Shown here: in pieces, positions 27,969 through 37,905 of the stretch
Layout of the letters: the number at the start of each line of letters is the position of its first letter
Position numbering within the stretch: position 1 is the first letter of the stretch
From: Acetatifactor sp.
GTDB lineage: Bacteria > Bacillota > Clostridia > Lachnospirales > Lachnospiraceae
NCBI GenBank assembly: GCA_045579545.1
Contig: JAZNMF010000013.1
Location: forward strand, 6,721-70,720
Direction of reading: 5' to 3'
Length of the DNA stretch: 64,000 bases
Made by a program: the position numbers and the translations under genes
Notes under the pieces: model-generated
The model's database searches: none
What the model saw: the letters and a program-made list of their open reading frames with translations, nothing else
What the model was told of the DNA's origin: nothing

Positions 27969-29678
27969 ATGGAATACGGTAAATTTAAAATAACAAAAAA
28001 CAAATTCATATGGATAGCGCTTATAGTTGCAGCCTTCCTGGTAAATATGAAAAGTATTTTCAATGATTATGACGCAGATGCCGGCTATGCCGTAGCCATG
28101 GCATATCGCATGATTCAGGGCGACAATATGTTTTCTTTGATGCGGGAACCACACCAGACATCTGCCTTTTTAAGTGCTCTTCTGATTAAGCTTTACCTGA
28201 TGTTGACCGGTACAGTCACTGGCGTAGTATTGTTTCTCCAGTTCTCAGGCGTATTGATAAAGACAATTATTACCGTATTTCTTTTTAAGTCCATGAAGCC
28301 TTATATCAGGAAAGATATCCTTTCTTTTATTTGTCTTTACTTCATTTCAGTAACCCCCAAAAGTATTGCGCTGCCCGAGTTTTCCAATATGTTAATCTGG
28401 TTCTCGGTCTGTGCCACTTGCTGTCTTATCAGATATCTGAACAGCGAAGAAAAGGCATTATGGTTGATTGTATCTGCGCTGTTCCTTTGCCTTACCATCC
28501 TCTCCTATCCCTCTGCAATTATATTGTTTCCTGTAATCCTACTACTTTTGTATCGATATGGCAAAAGAAAATGGCCTTCTATCCTGATCTTTTCGTCTGT
28601 ATGCTTTGCAGTCGGTGGTCTCTATCTTTTATACTTCATTAACCGAATGGGATTAAGCGGTCTTATAAAAAATATCACAAACATATTTGTCAGCGACAGT
28701 TTTCATCAACAGACTTTTACAGACAAATTCATCACATATGCTGGACAATCCGTCATCGTAATATGCTATCTGATTATGGTTGCACTCATTTCATTTATCC
28801 TGTACCTGATGTTTAAATTCATTTTCGGAAAGTCAGGAAAACCCATCACTGCCATTCATTGGGGTATCTGCTTTTTTATAGTATTGTTTATATGGGATCT
28901 GATGCAAACATTATCGGTTCATATGGAATATGATTACAGACCACCTGTTTCAGTTGCATTGATACTATTTTCACTTTATTCTATAAAGTATTGTTCGGAA
29001 GAGGACAAAAAGTTATTTAATGTTGGTATGGGTTTGAGCCTTACCACATTTGTAGCGGTATTGCTTTTGACCAACTGGGACTTTATGGCAACGCTCAATT
29101 TCCTGATACCTGCAGTCATGTTCTCCTTCCTTCCAATTATCAAATGGCTCGAACAGCATACAGTTAGCCAATCAAAATCTTGGAAATATAGTCTTATCAT
29201 ACTTTTTTGCGGATTGACAATATTTCATAACGGTTATCTTGCCAAAGCAATGAACACACAAAAGCTCAGCTTTTATGAAATTGGCGGAATTGTAAAAAGC
29301 GGACCTGCCATGGGAATTGTCTCAGAATACATGGGACCATATCTGTTTAACGCAACAATGCAGGAGTGGGAACAATATATCGAAGACAGCGATAAAGTGT
29401 TGATTGTGAGCGAGGGAAGCTGTGATCCTATCCAATATCTGTTTAAAAATGTTGAGATCAGTACACTTTCTACCATAAGTACACCGACTTATGATGAAAA
29501 ATTGTTTGAGTATTGGGAAACATATCCGAACAAAATCCCCGATGTTGTAATTTTGGATTGCTGGTACGGAGAATTGAGAGTGAGTGAAGACAATGTTGTT
29601 CTGAAATGGCTTAACGATCATTATCCGCAGATCGAATCTGTTGACGGACTGTTTTGGAGATATTATAGAATTAAATAG
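27969..29678 (+). CDS. Polytopic membrane protein, possibly GT-C-like
   Basis: About 12-13 hydrophobic segments, an early loop DYDADAGY..AMAYRMIQGD and a soluble C-terminal domain. Function inferred only. Confidence 0.6.
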   Translation: MEYGKFKITKNKFIWIALIVAAFLVNMKSIFNDYDADAGYAVAMAYRMIQGDNMFSLMREPHQTSAFLSALLIKLYLMLTGTVTGVVLFLQFSGVLIKTIITVFLFKSMKPYIRKDILSFICLYFISVTPKSIALPEFSNMLIWFSVCATCCLIRYLNSEEKALWLIVSALFLCLTILSYPSAIILFPVILLLLYRYGKRKWPSILIFSSVCFAVGGLYLLYFINRMGLSGLIKNITNIFVSDSFHQQTFTDKFITYAGQSVIVICYLIMVALISFILYLMFKFIFGKSGKPITAIHWGICFFIVLFIWDLMQTLSVHMEYDYRPPVSVALILFSLYSIKYCSEEDKKLFNVGMGLSLTTFVAVLLLTNWDFMATLNFLIPAVMFSFLPIIKWLEQHTVSQSKSWKYSLIILFCGLTIFHNGYLAKAMNTQKLSFYEIGGIVKSGPAMGIVSEYMGPYLFNATMQEWEQYIEDSDKVLIVSEGSCDPIQYLFKNVEISTLSTISTPTYDEKLFEYWETYPNKIPDVVILDCWYGELRVSEDNVVLKWLNDHYPQIESVDGLFWRYYRIK

Positions 29679-29683
29679 GATAA

Positions 29684-29712
29684 AAAAGCGCAGGTCAAAT
29701 GCCTGCGCTTTT
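29684..29712. terminator. Bidirectional terminator
   Basis: AAAAGCGCAGG / CCTGCGCTTTT. Confidence 0.75.
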
Positions 29713-29733
29713 TATCGTTCAATTATATATTTA

Positions 29734-30744
29734 TCAGAACTTGCCTTCTTTTGCTGCTTCTTCCAGAGAAACTGCAACTGCAACTGTCATACCAACCATA
29801 GGGTTGTTACCTGCACCGATGAGACCCATCATCTCAACGTGAGCGGGAACGGAGGAGGAACCTGCGAACTGTGCATCGGAGTGCATACGTCCCATGGTAT
29901 CGGTCATACCGTAGGAAGCAGGACCTGCAGCCATGTTGTCGGGATGAAGGGTACGGCCTGTACCACCGCCGGATGCAACAGAGAAGTACTTCTTACCCTG
30001 CTCCAGACACTCTTTCTTGTAAGTACCTGCAACGGGATGCTGGAATCTGGTAGGGTTGGTGGAGTTACCGGTGATGGAAACGTCAACACCTTCCTTGTGC
30101 ATGATAGCAACGCCTTCAAATACATCGTTAGCACCGTAACAGTTAACCTTTGCACGAAGTCCTTCGGAATAAGACTTGCGATATACTTCCTTAACAGTGT
30201 TGGTGTAAGGATCGTACTCGGTCTCTACGAAGGTAAATCCGTTGATACGGGAGATGATCTGAGCTGCATCTTTACCAAGACCGTTCAGGATAACGCGTAA
30301 GGGTTTCTTACGAACCTTGTTAGCCTTCTCTGCGATACCAATTGCACCTTCAGCTGCTGCAAAGGACTCATGACCTGCCAGGAAACAGAAGCACTCGGTC
30401 TCCTCTTCCAAAAGCATCTTACCAAGGTTACCATGGCCAAGACCTACCTTACGGGTGTCAGCAACAGAACCGGGAATACAGAAAGCCTGAAGACCTTCAC
30501 CGATTGCTGCAGCAGCGTCAGCTGCTCTTCTGCAGCCTTTCTTGTTAGCAATAGCTGCACCTACAATGTATGCCCAACAAGCATTCTCAAAGCAGATAGG
30601 CTGAATGCCTTTGATCTGATTGTAAACATCAAGACCTGCATCTTTTGTGATTTTCTCAGCTTCTTCGATAGAAGCGATGCCGTAGCTATTTAAAACAGAA
30701 TTGATTTTGTCAATTCTTCTTTCATATGATTCAAATAATGCCAT
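29734..30744 (-). CDS. GGGtGRT family protein
   Basis: Contains the name-giving VASGGGTGRTLHPD motif plus FLAGHESFAAAEGAI and GNSTNPTRFQHPVAG. Confidence 0.9.
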   Translation of the reverse strand: MALFESYERRIDKINSVLNSYGIASIEEAEKITKDAGLDVYNQIKGIQPICFENACWAYIVGAAIANKKGCRRAADAAAAIGEGLQAFCIPGSVADTRKVGLGHGNLGKMLLEEETECFCFLAGHESFAAAEGAIGIAEKANKVRKKPLRVILNGLGKDAAQIISRINGFTFVETEYDPYTNTVKEVYRKSYSEGLRAKVNCYGANDVFEGVAIMHKEGVDVSITGNSTNPTRFQHPVAGTYKKECLEQGKKYFSVASGGGTGRTLHPDNMAAGPASYGMTDTMGRMHSDAQFAGSSSVPAHVEMMGLIGAGNNPMVGMTVAVAVSLEEAAKEGKF

Positions 30745-30762
30745 TTCAAACGTCCTCCTATC

Positions 30763-31455
30763 TTATTCGTGTCTCGGATCAATGATCTTAACTGCATCAG
30801 CAACACGGCCGTACTGACCCTTAGCCTTTTCCCATGCGGTATTGGGATCATCACCCTTCTTGATAAAGTCGGTCATCTTGCCAAGACTTACGAACTGGTA
30901 ACCGATGATCTGATCATCAGCATCCAGAGCGATACCGGTAACATAACCTTCAGCCATCTCAAGATAGCGGGGACCTTTTTTCAGAGTACCGTACATGGTA
31001 CCAACCTGACTTCTCAAGCCCTTACCAAGGTCTTCCAGACCTGCACCAACAGGCAGACCATCCTCAGAGAATGCACTCTGGGAACGACCGTAAACGATCT
31101 GAAGGAAAAGCTCTCTCATAGCGGTATTGATAGCGTCACAAACAAGGTCTGTGTTCAGAGCTTCCATAACAGTTCTGCCGGGAAGGATTTCAGCAGCCAT
31201 AGCTGCGGAATGAGTCATACCGGAGCAGCCGATGGTCTCAACCAGCGCTTCCTGGATGATACCCTCTTTCACATTCAGAGTCAGCTTGCAGGCGCCCTGC
31301 TGAGGAGCACACCAGCCAACACCGTGAGTCAGACCGGAAATATCTTTAACTTCTTTTACTTTTACCCATTTTGCTTCTTCAGGGATAGGTGCACAACCGT
31401 GACTAACACCCTGAGCTACCGGGCACATTTCTTCCACTTCTTTTGAATAAATCAT
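30763..31455 (-). CDS. NifU/IscU-N-like scaffold domain protein
   Basis: GWCAPQQGACKLTLNVKEGII.EALVETIGCSGMTHSAAMA...DLVCDA pattern; directly upstream of GGGtGRT. Confidence 0.8.
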   Translation of the reverse strand: MIYSKEVEEMCPVAQGVSHGCAPIPEEAKWVKVKEVKDISGLTHGVGWCAPQQGACKLTLNVKEGIIQEALVETIGCSGMTHSAAMAAEILPGRTVMEALNTDLVCDAINTAMRELFLQIVYGRSQSAFSEDGLPVGAGLEDLGKGLRSQVGTMYGTLKKGPRYLEMAEGYVTGIALDADDQIIGYQFVSLGKMTDFIKKGDDPNTAWEKAKGQYGRVADAVKIIDPRHE

Positions 31456-31572
31456 GTGAAATCTCCTTTCAAATTCTGATTATCTTTAGATGCAAAATAC
31501 ACATCATAATCACCGCTAACATTCTCTCATATTTGCGACAAAAAATCCAGTGTTTTTTATAAAAATAACACA

Positions 31573-32394
31573 TTATATTAATTGTTTAATACCTGTATCG
31601 CGCCACAGACCGCCAAAACGTTCGGACAAATGATCATAGGTTGTCTCAACAGTGTAACCGTCCAAACGCTTTGTTCCGTAAGTATTTGCCGCATCGGCTT
31701 CAGGAACCATTTTATAGGTGATGGCAACCTTTGCGGGACTCATGATTTCGGGCATATTAAATGTTTCACCGGAAACCAATCTCTCCACTGCACGTTTTGC
31801 ATGGTTATAAACCACTTGTTGTCCTTTTTCAGCTGATAGACAGAGAGCTGACTGACGTCCTAAGCCCTGTTTAACCATTGCCGTTTCCACGTTCCCAAGG
31901 AATTCTCTGGCTTCTATACACACTTTGTCATCACCGGATACCATTACAACGGGAACACCGCTTTCCGCTGCAATTTCGGCGTCTACTCCCAATTCTCCAT
32001 AGGGTTTTCCGTTAACTTTAAAACAATGCCAGGAAGCGCTGGTAAAAGTATGCTCTAACAGGCCGCGATCCGTACCTGCCATGGCATGATATCCCAGTAA
32101 AAACATGCCGTCCACAGATTCATCAAGAAAAGGAAATCTGGGCTGATGCGGTGCTCCAGAAATCAGCTTTGCGCGGGGATCCATATTTTCCACAAGAATA
32201 TTGAGACCGGTACAGTGCATATCTACAACGATAACTTCGTCTGCTCCACCGTCAAATGCGCCTCTAACAGCTGCATTAACATCACCGGTTGTCAATCTCT
32301 GACCGATTGCGTACATTCTGCGGTCATCCAATAAATAATCCGGATGATCAATACAGCTGATACCTTCCATGTCTACAGAAATGTAAATTTTCAT
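31573..32394 (-). CDS. M55 family D-aminopeptidase (DppA-like)
   Basis: YISVDMEG, VVDMH, LLGYHAMAG, LEHT and GELGVD motifs. Confidence 0.88.
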   Translation of the reverse strand: MKIYISVDMEGISCIDHPDYLLDDRRMYAIGQRLTTGDVNAAVRGAFDGGADEVIVVDMHCTGLNILVENMDPRAKLISGAPHQPRFPFLDESVDGMFLLGYHAMAGTDRGLLEHTFTSASWHCFKVNGKPYGELGVDAEIAAESGVPVVMVSGDDKVCIEAREFLGNVETAMVKQGLGRQSALCLSAEKGQQVVYNHAKRAVERLVSGETFNMPEIMSPAKVAITYKMVPEADAANTYGTKRLDGYTVETTYDHLSERFGGLWRDTGIKQLI

Positions 32395-32432
32395 TCTAAA
32401 GTCCTCCTGAATGTAAGATTATAAATTACCTA

Positions 32433-33092
32433 TTACTGTTTCGTTACAACATTTCCTGTTGCCTTAAAAATACTATTAGCCGGAATCACACCTCTGACAC
32501 AGGACAAAGGATAAATATTGGTATCCCGTCCGATTACGGTACCGGGATTTAATACGCTGTTACATCCAACTTCCACTCTGTCTCCCAGCATTGCTCCAAA
32601 TTTCTTGAGTCCGGTTTCAGTGAAAGATGTGCTGTCCTTTACAGTCACAAGACTCTTATCACTTTTTACGTTTGAGGTGATAGACCCTGCCCCCATGTGT
32701 GCTTTAAATCCAAGAATACTGTCACCTACATAATTATAGTGTGGTACCTGAACTTTATTAAAGAGAATAACATTTTTAAGCTCGGTGGAATTACCCACTA
32801 CGGCGCCTTTTCCAACAATGGCGTTTCCTCTGACAAAGGCACAGTGACGTACTTCTGCCTCTTCATCAATAATAAGAGGGCCGTTTAAGCAAGCTGTAGG
32901 AGCTATTTTTGCACTTTTAGCGATCCAGATGTTATCTCCCCTTTCCTCATAAATGTCTTTTGGAAGGCATTTGCCAAGAGCTATGATAAAATCATGAATC
33001 TTTGGAAGTACTTCCCACGGATATGTAATTCCATCAAATAATTCTGATGCGATGGTTTCCTTTAAATCAAACATCTCAGAAATAGTTATCAT
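32433..33092 (-). CDS. Stand-alone hexapeptide-repeat (LbH) acyltransferase, GlmU C-terminal-like
   Basis: GPLIIDEEAEVRHCAFVRGNAIVGKGAVVGNSTELKN, VPHYNYVGDSILG, HMGAGSITSN and GAMLGD motifs; no nucleotidyltransferase domain. Confidence 0.8.
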   Translation of the reverse strand: MITISEMFDLKETIASELFDGITYPWEVLPKIHDFIIALGKCLPKDIYEERGDNIWIAKSAKIAPTACLNGPLIIDEEAEVRHCAFVRGNAIVGKGAVVGNSTELKNVILFNKVQVPHYNYVGDSILGFKAHMGAGSITSNVKSDKSLVTVKDSTSFTETGLKKFGAMLGDRVEVGCNSVLNPGTVIGRDTNIYPLSCVRGVIPANSIFKATGNVVTKQ

Positions 33093-35083
33093 TTTGATCT
33101 CCCTTCATTTTTATAAAAAGGTTCCGCCTGTCTGAATAATCCGAGTAGCACAGACTGATTATTTAACTGCTTAACAATATTAGTTCTTCTACTAACAAAA
33201 TCATCCAGCTTTTTCATGTATTCGTCCGATGAGATATGTCCCTGTGCCACCATTGTGAGACCTTTTTCCCAGCTTGCAGTAAGCGCAGGATCCAAAAGAG
33301 GCCTGATGGAACTGTTGACTACATCGTAAATCATCTCACCCATCAGGGTTGGTGTAAGAACCTGTGTCTTTTTGTTTAAGGAGAGATATTCGATGTTTAC
33401 CAGTTTTTTCAATATTTCTGCTCTGGTCGCGCTGGTACCGATTCCGCTGCCCTTAATCTGCGCACGCAATTCTTCGTCCTCAATAAACTGTCCAGCATTT
33501 TCCATAGTAAGAATGATGCTTCCGGAAGTATACCGTTTGGGAGGAGTTGTCTCGCCTTCCTTGATCTCATAGCCATTAATAGTAAGAACATCTCCTTTTT
33601 TCAGCTGCTTCAGACGATTAAGGAGTGCATCATCACATTTGATCTCATCTTCTTTGGAGGTATCTGTTTTATGGCCGGCTACCGTAAGATATCCTTCTTC
33701 CAAAAGGACTTTAAAATTGGCAAAGAATTTTTCTTCCTTCATTCTTATGCAAAGAGAAACCTTTTGATACACAGCAGGAGGATAAAAGATACTCAAAAAT
33801 CTCCTTGTGATCACATCATATACCTTTGCACTGACTGGTGGCAGTGAAGCCAGACTGTTTAATCCCTGGCCGGTTGGAATAATAGCATAATGGTCCGTGA
33901 TCTGTTTATCATTCACATACCGTGACTTTGCAATATTCTTGTATCTGCCCTCGTTTAGGATTGTGGAGGCAAAACTGCTGACCGGAGAATAATTCCGAAG
34001 ACCGGAAATGTTTTTATAAATCTCTTTTGATACAGCAGTAGACAAGACACGGGCATCCGTACGGGGATATGTGACCATTTTCTTTTCATACAATTCCTGG
34101 ACGATGCGAAGCGTCTCATCCGGGCTGATTTTAAATATTTTGGAACACTCATTTTGTAATTCGGCAAGATTATAAAGAAGTGGTGGATTCTTGTTTTCCT
34201 TTTTACGTTCAATATTTTCCACAATCGGAAGCGGAACAGGTTCTTGACTCAGATAGTCAATCAGGTATTGCGCATCCTCTCTCTTTAAAAAACCATTTTC
34301 TTTATACAGCACGGGAGAAGCAAAATACTTAGATCCTTCCACCGCTTTCCATTCTCCGTCAAACTCATTACCATCCAGGGAAAAAGATCCCAGTACACGG
34401 TAAAATGGTGTCTTTACAAAATTCCTGATCTCCCGCTCTCTGTTTACGATCATGCCCAGTACACATGTCATAACACGACCTACGGAGATCACCGCCTTGT
34501 CACGATTCAGATAATCCTTAACGTGCCTGCCGTACTTTAAAGTAAGTACTCGTGAAAAATTGATACCCATCAAATAATCTTCTTTTGCGCGAAGATAGGC
34601 CGAATCACTTAAGGAATCATATTCCGAAAGATCCTTAGCTTCTTTGATTCCACGCAAAATCTCTTCTTCCGTCTGAGAATCAATCCACACTCTCTTTCTA
34701 TTTTTTCCTTTGACTCCTGCCAATTGTTCTACAAGACGGTAAATATATTCTCCTTCCCTTCCGGAGTCAGTACAGACATAGATGGTTTCAACGTCAGGTC
34801 TGTTTAATAATCCGCTGACAATGTTAAATTGCTTTTTTACATTGTCAATGATCTCATATTTAAACTCTGCAGGAATAAATGGAATCGTATCAAAACTCCA
34901 TCTGCGCAGGTTTTCATCATAAGCTTCCGGATAGCTCATGGTTACCAGATGACCGACACACCAGGTAACAATCTGCTCTCCGGATTCAATATACCCATCG
35001 TGGGAGCCACCGCTAATTTTCAGTGCTTTTGCAAACTCCCTTGCTACACTGGGTTTTTCTGCTATAAATAAGCTTTTACCCAC
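33089..35083 (-). CDS. topB: DNA topoisomerase III (type IA)
   Basis: IAEKPSVA, TDSGREGE, SVGRVMT, YPRTD (catalytic Tyr), DHYAIIPT and GIGTSATRA motifs. Confidence 0.88.
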   Translation of the reverse strand: MGKSLFIAEKPSVAREFAKALKISGGSHDGYIESGEQIVTWCVGHLVTMSYPEAYDENLRRWSFDTIPFIPAEFKYEIIDNVKKQFNIVSGLLNRPDVETIYVCTDSGREGEYIYRLVEQLAGVKGKNRKRVWIDSQTEEEILRGIKEAKDLSEYDSLSDSAYLRAKEDYLMGINFSRVLTLKYGRHVKDYLNRDKAVISVGRVMTCVLGMIVNREREIRNFVKTPFYRVLGSFSLDGNEFDGEWKAVEGSKYFASPVLYKENGFLKREDAQYLIDYLSQEPVPLPIVENIERKKENKNPPLLYNLAELQNECSKIFKISPDETLRIVQELYEKKMVTYPRTDARVLSTAVSKEIYKNISGLRNYSPVSSFASTILNEGRYKNIAKSRYVNDKQITDHYAIIPTGQGLNSLASLPPVSAKVYDVITRRFLSIFYPPAVYQKVSLCIRMKEEKFFANFKVLLEEGYLTVAGHKTDTSKEDEIKCDDALLNRLKQLKKGDVLTINGYEIKEGETTPPKRYTSGSIILTMENAGQFIEDEELRAQIKGSGIGTSATRAEILKKLVNIEYLSLNKKTQVLTPTLMGEMIYDVVNSSIRPLLDPALTASWEKGLTMVAQGHISSDEYMKKLDDFVSRRTNIVKQLNNQSVLLGLFRQAEPFYKNEGRSK

Positions 35084-35149
35084 AAAAATCTTCCTTTATT
35101 TTAACGATTAAGAGAGAAAGAATCTCTTCTTTCTCTCTATAAAACTGAA

Positions 35150-36250
35150 CTATTTACAAGTGATGTAGCCCTGTGCCTTCAGAAGCTCAGCACAAAGAAT
35201 AGCACCGCCAGCCGCGCCACGAACTGTATTATGGGAGAGACCAATGAATTTCCAGTCATAGATGCTGTCTTCACGAAGACGTCCGACACTGACACCCATG
35301 CCATTCTCATAATCCACATCAAGATTAACCTGAGGTCTGTTATCCTCCTCAAGGTACTGAATAAACTGCTTGGGAGCACTGGGAAGATCAAGCTCCTGAG
35401 GAACGCCCTTAAAGTTAACCAGTTTTTCAATCAGCTGCTCTTTGGTAGCTGCTTTTCTCAATTTTACAAATACAGCTGCTGTGTGTCCGTTTAAAACAGG
35501 AACACGGATACACTGACAGGTAATCTTGGGAGAGGTAGCAGGTTCGATCACACCGTCTTTGATCTCGCCCCAGATACGCAGAGGCTCTTTCTCACTCTTC
35601 TCCTCCTCACCGCCAATGTAAGGAATGATATTCTCAACCATTTCAGGCCAATCCTTAAAAGTCTTGCCCGCACCGGAGATCGCCTGATATGTGGTGGCAA
35701 CCACCTCATAAGGTTCAAACTCTTTCCATGCAGTCAGTACAGGAGCATAACTCTGGATAGAACAATTAGGCTTAACTGCAACAAATCCTCTTGTAGTGCC
35801 GAGACGCTTCTTCTGGAAGTCAATGACTTTCATGTGCTCGGGGTTGATCTCAGGAACAACCATGGGAACATCCGGAGTCCATCTGTGGGCACTGTTGTTG
35901 GAAACAACAGGTGTCTCAGTCTTGGCATACTCTTCTTCAATCTTCTTAATCTCATCTTTGGTCATGTCAACCGCACTGAACACAAAATCTACTTCAGCGG
36001 CAACCTTCTCCACTTCATTCACGTTCATTACAACAATATCTTTTACAGCTTCCGGCATAGGGGTTGTCATTTTCCAACGATCACCAACTGCTTCTGCATA
36101 GGTTTTACCTGCTGAACGGGGACTCGCAGCAATTGTTGTCACTTCAAACCAGGGGTGACCCTCCAAAAGTGCAATAAATCTCTGTCCTACCATACCGGTA
36201 CCGCCAAGGATACCAACTCTTAACTTGTCACTCATCTTTTTTTCCTCCAT
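35150..36250 (-). CDS. asd: Aspartate-semialdehyde dehydrogenase (archaeal/eukaryote-type)
   Basis: GILGGTGMVGQRF, KPNCSIQ, YQAISGAG, RVPVLNGH and HNTVRGAAGG motifs. Confidence 0.94.
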   Translation of the reverse strand: MEEKKMSDKLRVGILGGTGMVGQRFIALLEGHPWFEVTTIAASPRSAGKTYAEAVGDRWKMTTPMPEAVKDIVVMNVNEVEKVAAEVDFVFSAVDMTKDEIKKIEEEYAKTETPVVSNNSAHRWTPDVPMVVPEINPEHMKVIDFQKKRLGTTRGFVAVKPNCSIQSYAPVLTAWKEFEPYEVVATTYQAISGAGKTFKDWPEMVENIIPYIGGEEEKSEKEPLRIWGEIKDGVIEPATSPKITCQCIRVPVLNGHTAAVFVKLRKAATKEQLIEKLVNFKGVPQELDLPSAPKQFIQYLEEDNRPQVNLDVDYENGMGVSVGRLREDSIYDWKFIGLSHNTVRGAAGGAILCAELLKAQGYITCK

Positions 36251-36284
36251 TTAAATCAGTATGTTTTATTTCAAAGTATCGAAA

Positions 36285-37664
36285 TCAATTGTTGATCAAA
36301 TAATCGCGGTTGATTCGGATCACGTCTTTCATTATCTCAGGTCCGGGTGCGCCTATGGTGAGCCGTTTTTCAACACAGGTCTTAAGAGATACTGCATCAT
36401 AGATATCATCTTCAAAAATATCGCTGATCTCTTTCAGTTCCTTCAGACTGAGTGCATCAATTGATGTGTTTTTGTCAATACAATAAAGAACCAGCCTGCC
36501 GATGATTCCATGCGCATCACGGAAAGGAACACCTTTATTTACAAGATAATCTGCAGCATCCGTTGCATTGGTAAAACCGTTCATAGCACTCTTAGCCATA
36601 CGATCTTTCCTGAATTTCATGGTACGAATCATTCCGGTAAAGAGCAAGAGACAATTCTGCACAGTCTCCATGGCATCAAAAGCAACTTCTTTATCCTCCT
36701 GCATATCTTTATTGTATGCAAGTGGAATGCCCTTCATCGTTGTCAAAAGACTCATCAGAGCACCATATACTCTGCCGGTCTTACCTCTGACCAGTTCTGC
36801 AATGTCGGGATTCTTCTTCTGAGGCATGATGCTGCTTCCGGTAGAATAGGCATCATCAATCTCCACAAACTGATACTCATTGGAATTCCAGATGATGATC
36901 TCCTCGCTGAAACGGCTTAAATGCATCATAATCGTTGATAGCGCTGAAAGGAATTCTATGAGATAATCTCTGTCCGAGACGGAATCCATGCTGTTGAGTG
37001 TGGGACCGTAAAATCCCATCAGGGAAGCACTGTAATCTCTGTCCAGGGGATAGGTAGTACCGGCAAGGGCACCTGCACCCAAAGGGCAGTAATTCATGCG
37101 CTCATAAATATCTTTAAGCCTCTGCCTGTCACGTTTAAACATTTCAAAATATGCACCGTAGTGATGTGCAAGCGTAGTAGGCTGAGCCTTCTGCAAATGT
37201 GTAAATCCGGGCATATAGGTCTCGAGATTCTCCTCCATCGCAGTAAGAAGCACCTTGAGCAGTTCCTTTAACAGATGATCCACATTAAGAACCTGTTCTC
37301 TGGTATAAAGTCTCATATCAAGAGCAACCTGATCATTCCGGCTTCTTCCGGTGTGAAGCTTTTTACCGGCATCACCAATCCGGTCAATCAGATTCGCTTC
37401 CACAAAGCTGTGAATGTCCTCCTGTGTCTCGTCAATAACAAGACGCCCTTCCTCAACATCCTTGAGGATACTGTTCAGGCCGTCAATAATAGACTGCTTC
37501 TCAACATCCGTGAGAATCCCCTGTCGGGCAAGCATCGTCACATGAGCAATGCTACCTTCCACATCCTGAGAAAAAAGCTTTCTATCAAAGCGGATGGACG
37601 CATTAAAATCATAGACTAATTGATCCGTCGCTTTTGTAAAACGTCCTCCCCATAACTGTGCCAT
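36285..37664 (-). CDS. argH: Argininosuccinate lyase
   Basis: [38 protein letters not shown] and YNKDMQEDK motifs. Confidence 0.96.
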   Translation of the reverse strand: MAQLWGGRFTKATDQLVYDFNASIRFDRKLFSQDVEGSIAHVTMLARQGILTDVEKQSIIDGLNSILKDVEEGRLVIDETQEDIHSFVEANLIDRIGDAGKKLHTGRSRNDQVALDMRLYTREQVLNVDHLLKELLKVLLTAMEENLETYMPGFTHLQKAQPTTLAHHYGAYFEMFKRDRQRLKDIYERMNYCPLGAGALAGTTYPLDRDYSASLMGFYGPTLNSMDSVSDRDYLIEFLSALSTIMMHLSRFSEEIIIWNSNEYQFVEIDDAYSTGSSIMPQKKNPDIAELVRGKTGRVYGALMSLLTTMKGIPLAYNKDMQEDKEVAFDAMETVQNCLLLFTGMIRTMKFRKDRMAKSAMNGFTNATDAADYLVNKGVPFRDAHGIIGRLVLYCIDKNTSIDALSLKELKEISDIFEDDIYDAVSLKTCVEKRLTIGAPGPEIMKDVIRINRDYLINN

Positions 37665-37905
37665 AAATTCTCTCCCATCTTTCATTTAAACTGAAAAAAT
37701 AATAACACAAATCCTGCTTTAATGCAATACAGCGAATGTCATAAAAATAGATTCAAACTTCACATTTTCCGTCATTTTACATAATATAATATATATTCTG
37801 AATGTTTTCTCGCTTACTGACAGCTTGCAATTGACACAGAAAAAATCTCTTTGCAAGCCAAAACAGCTATGTATGAGAAAGCAGATAAAGAAAGGTCGAT
37901 GTAGT

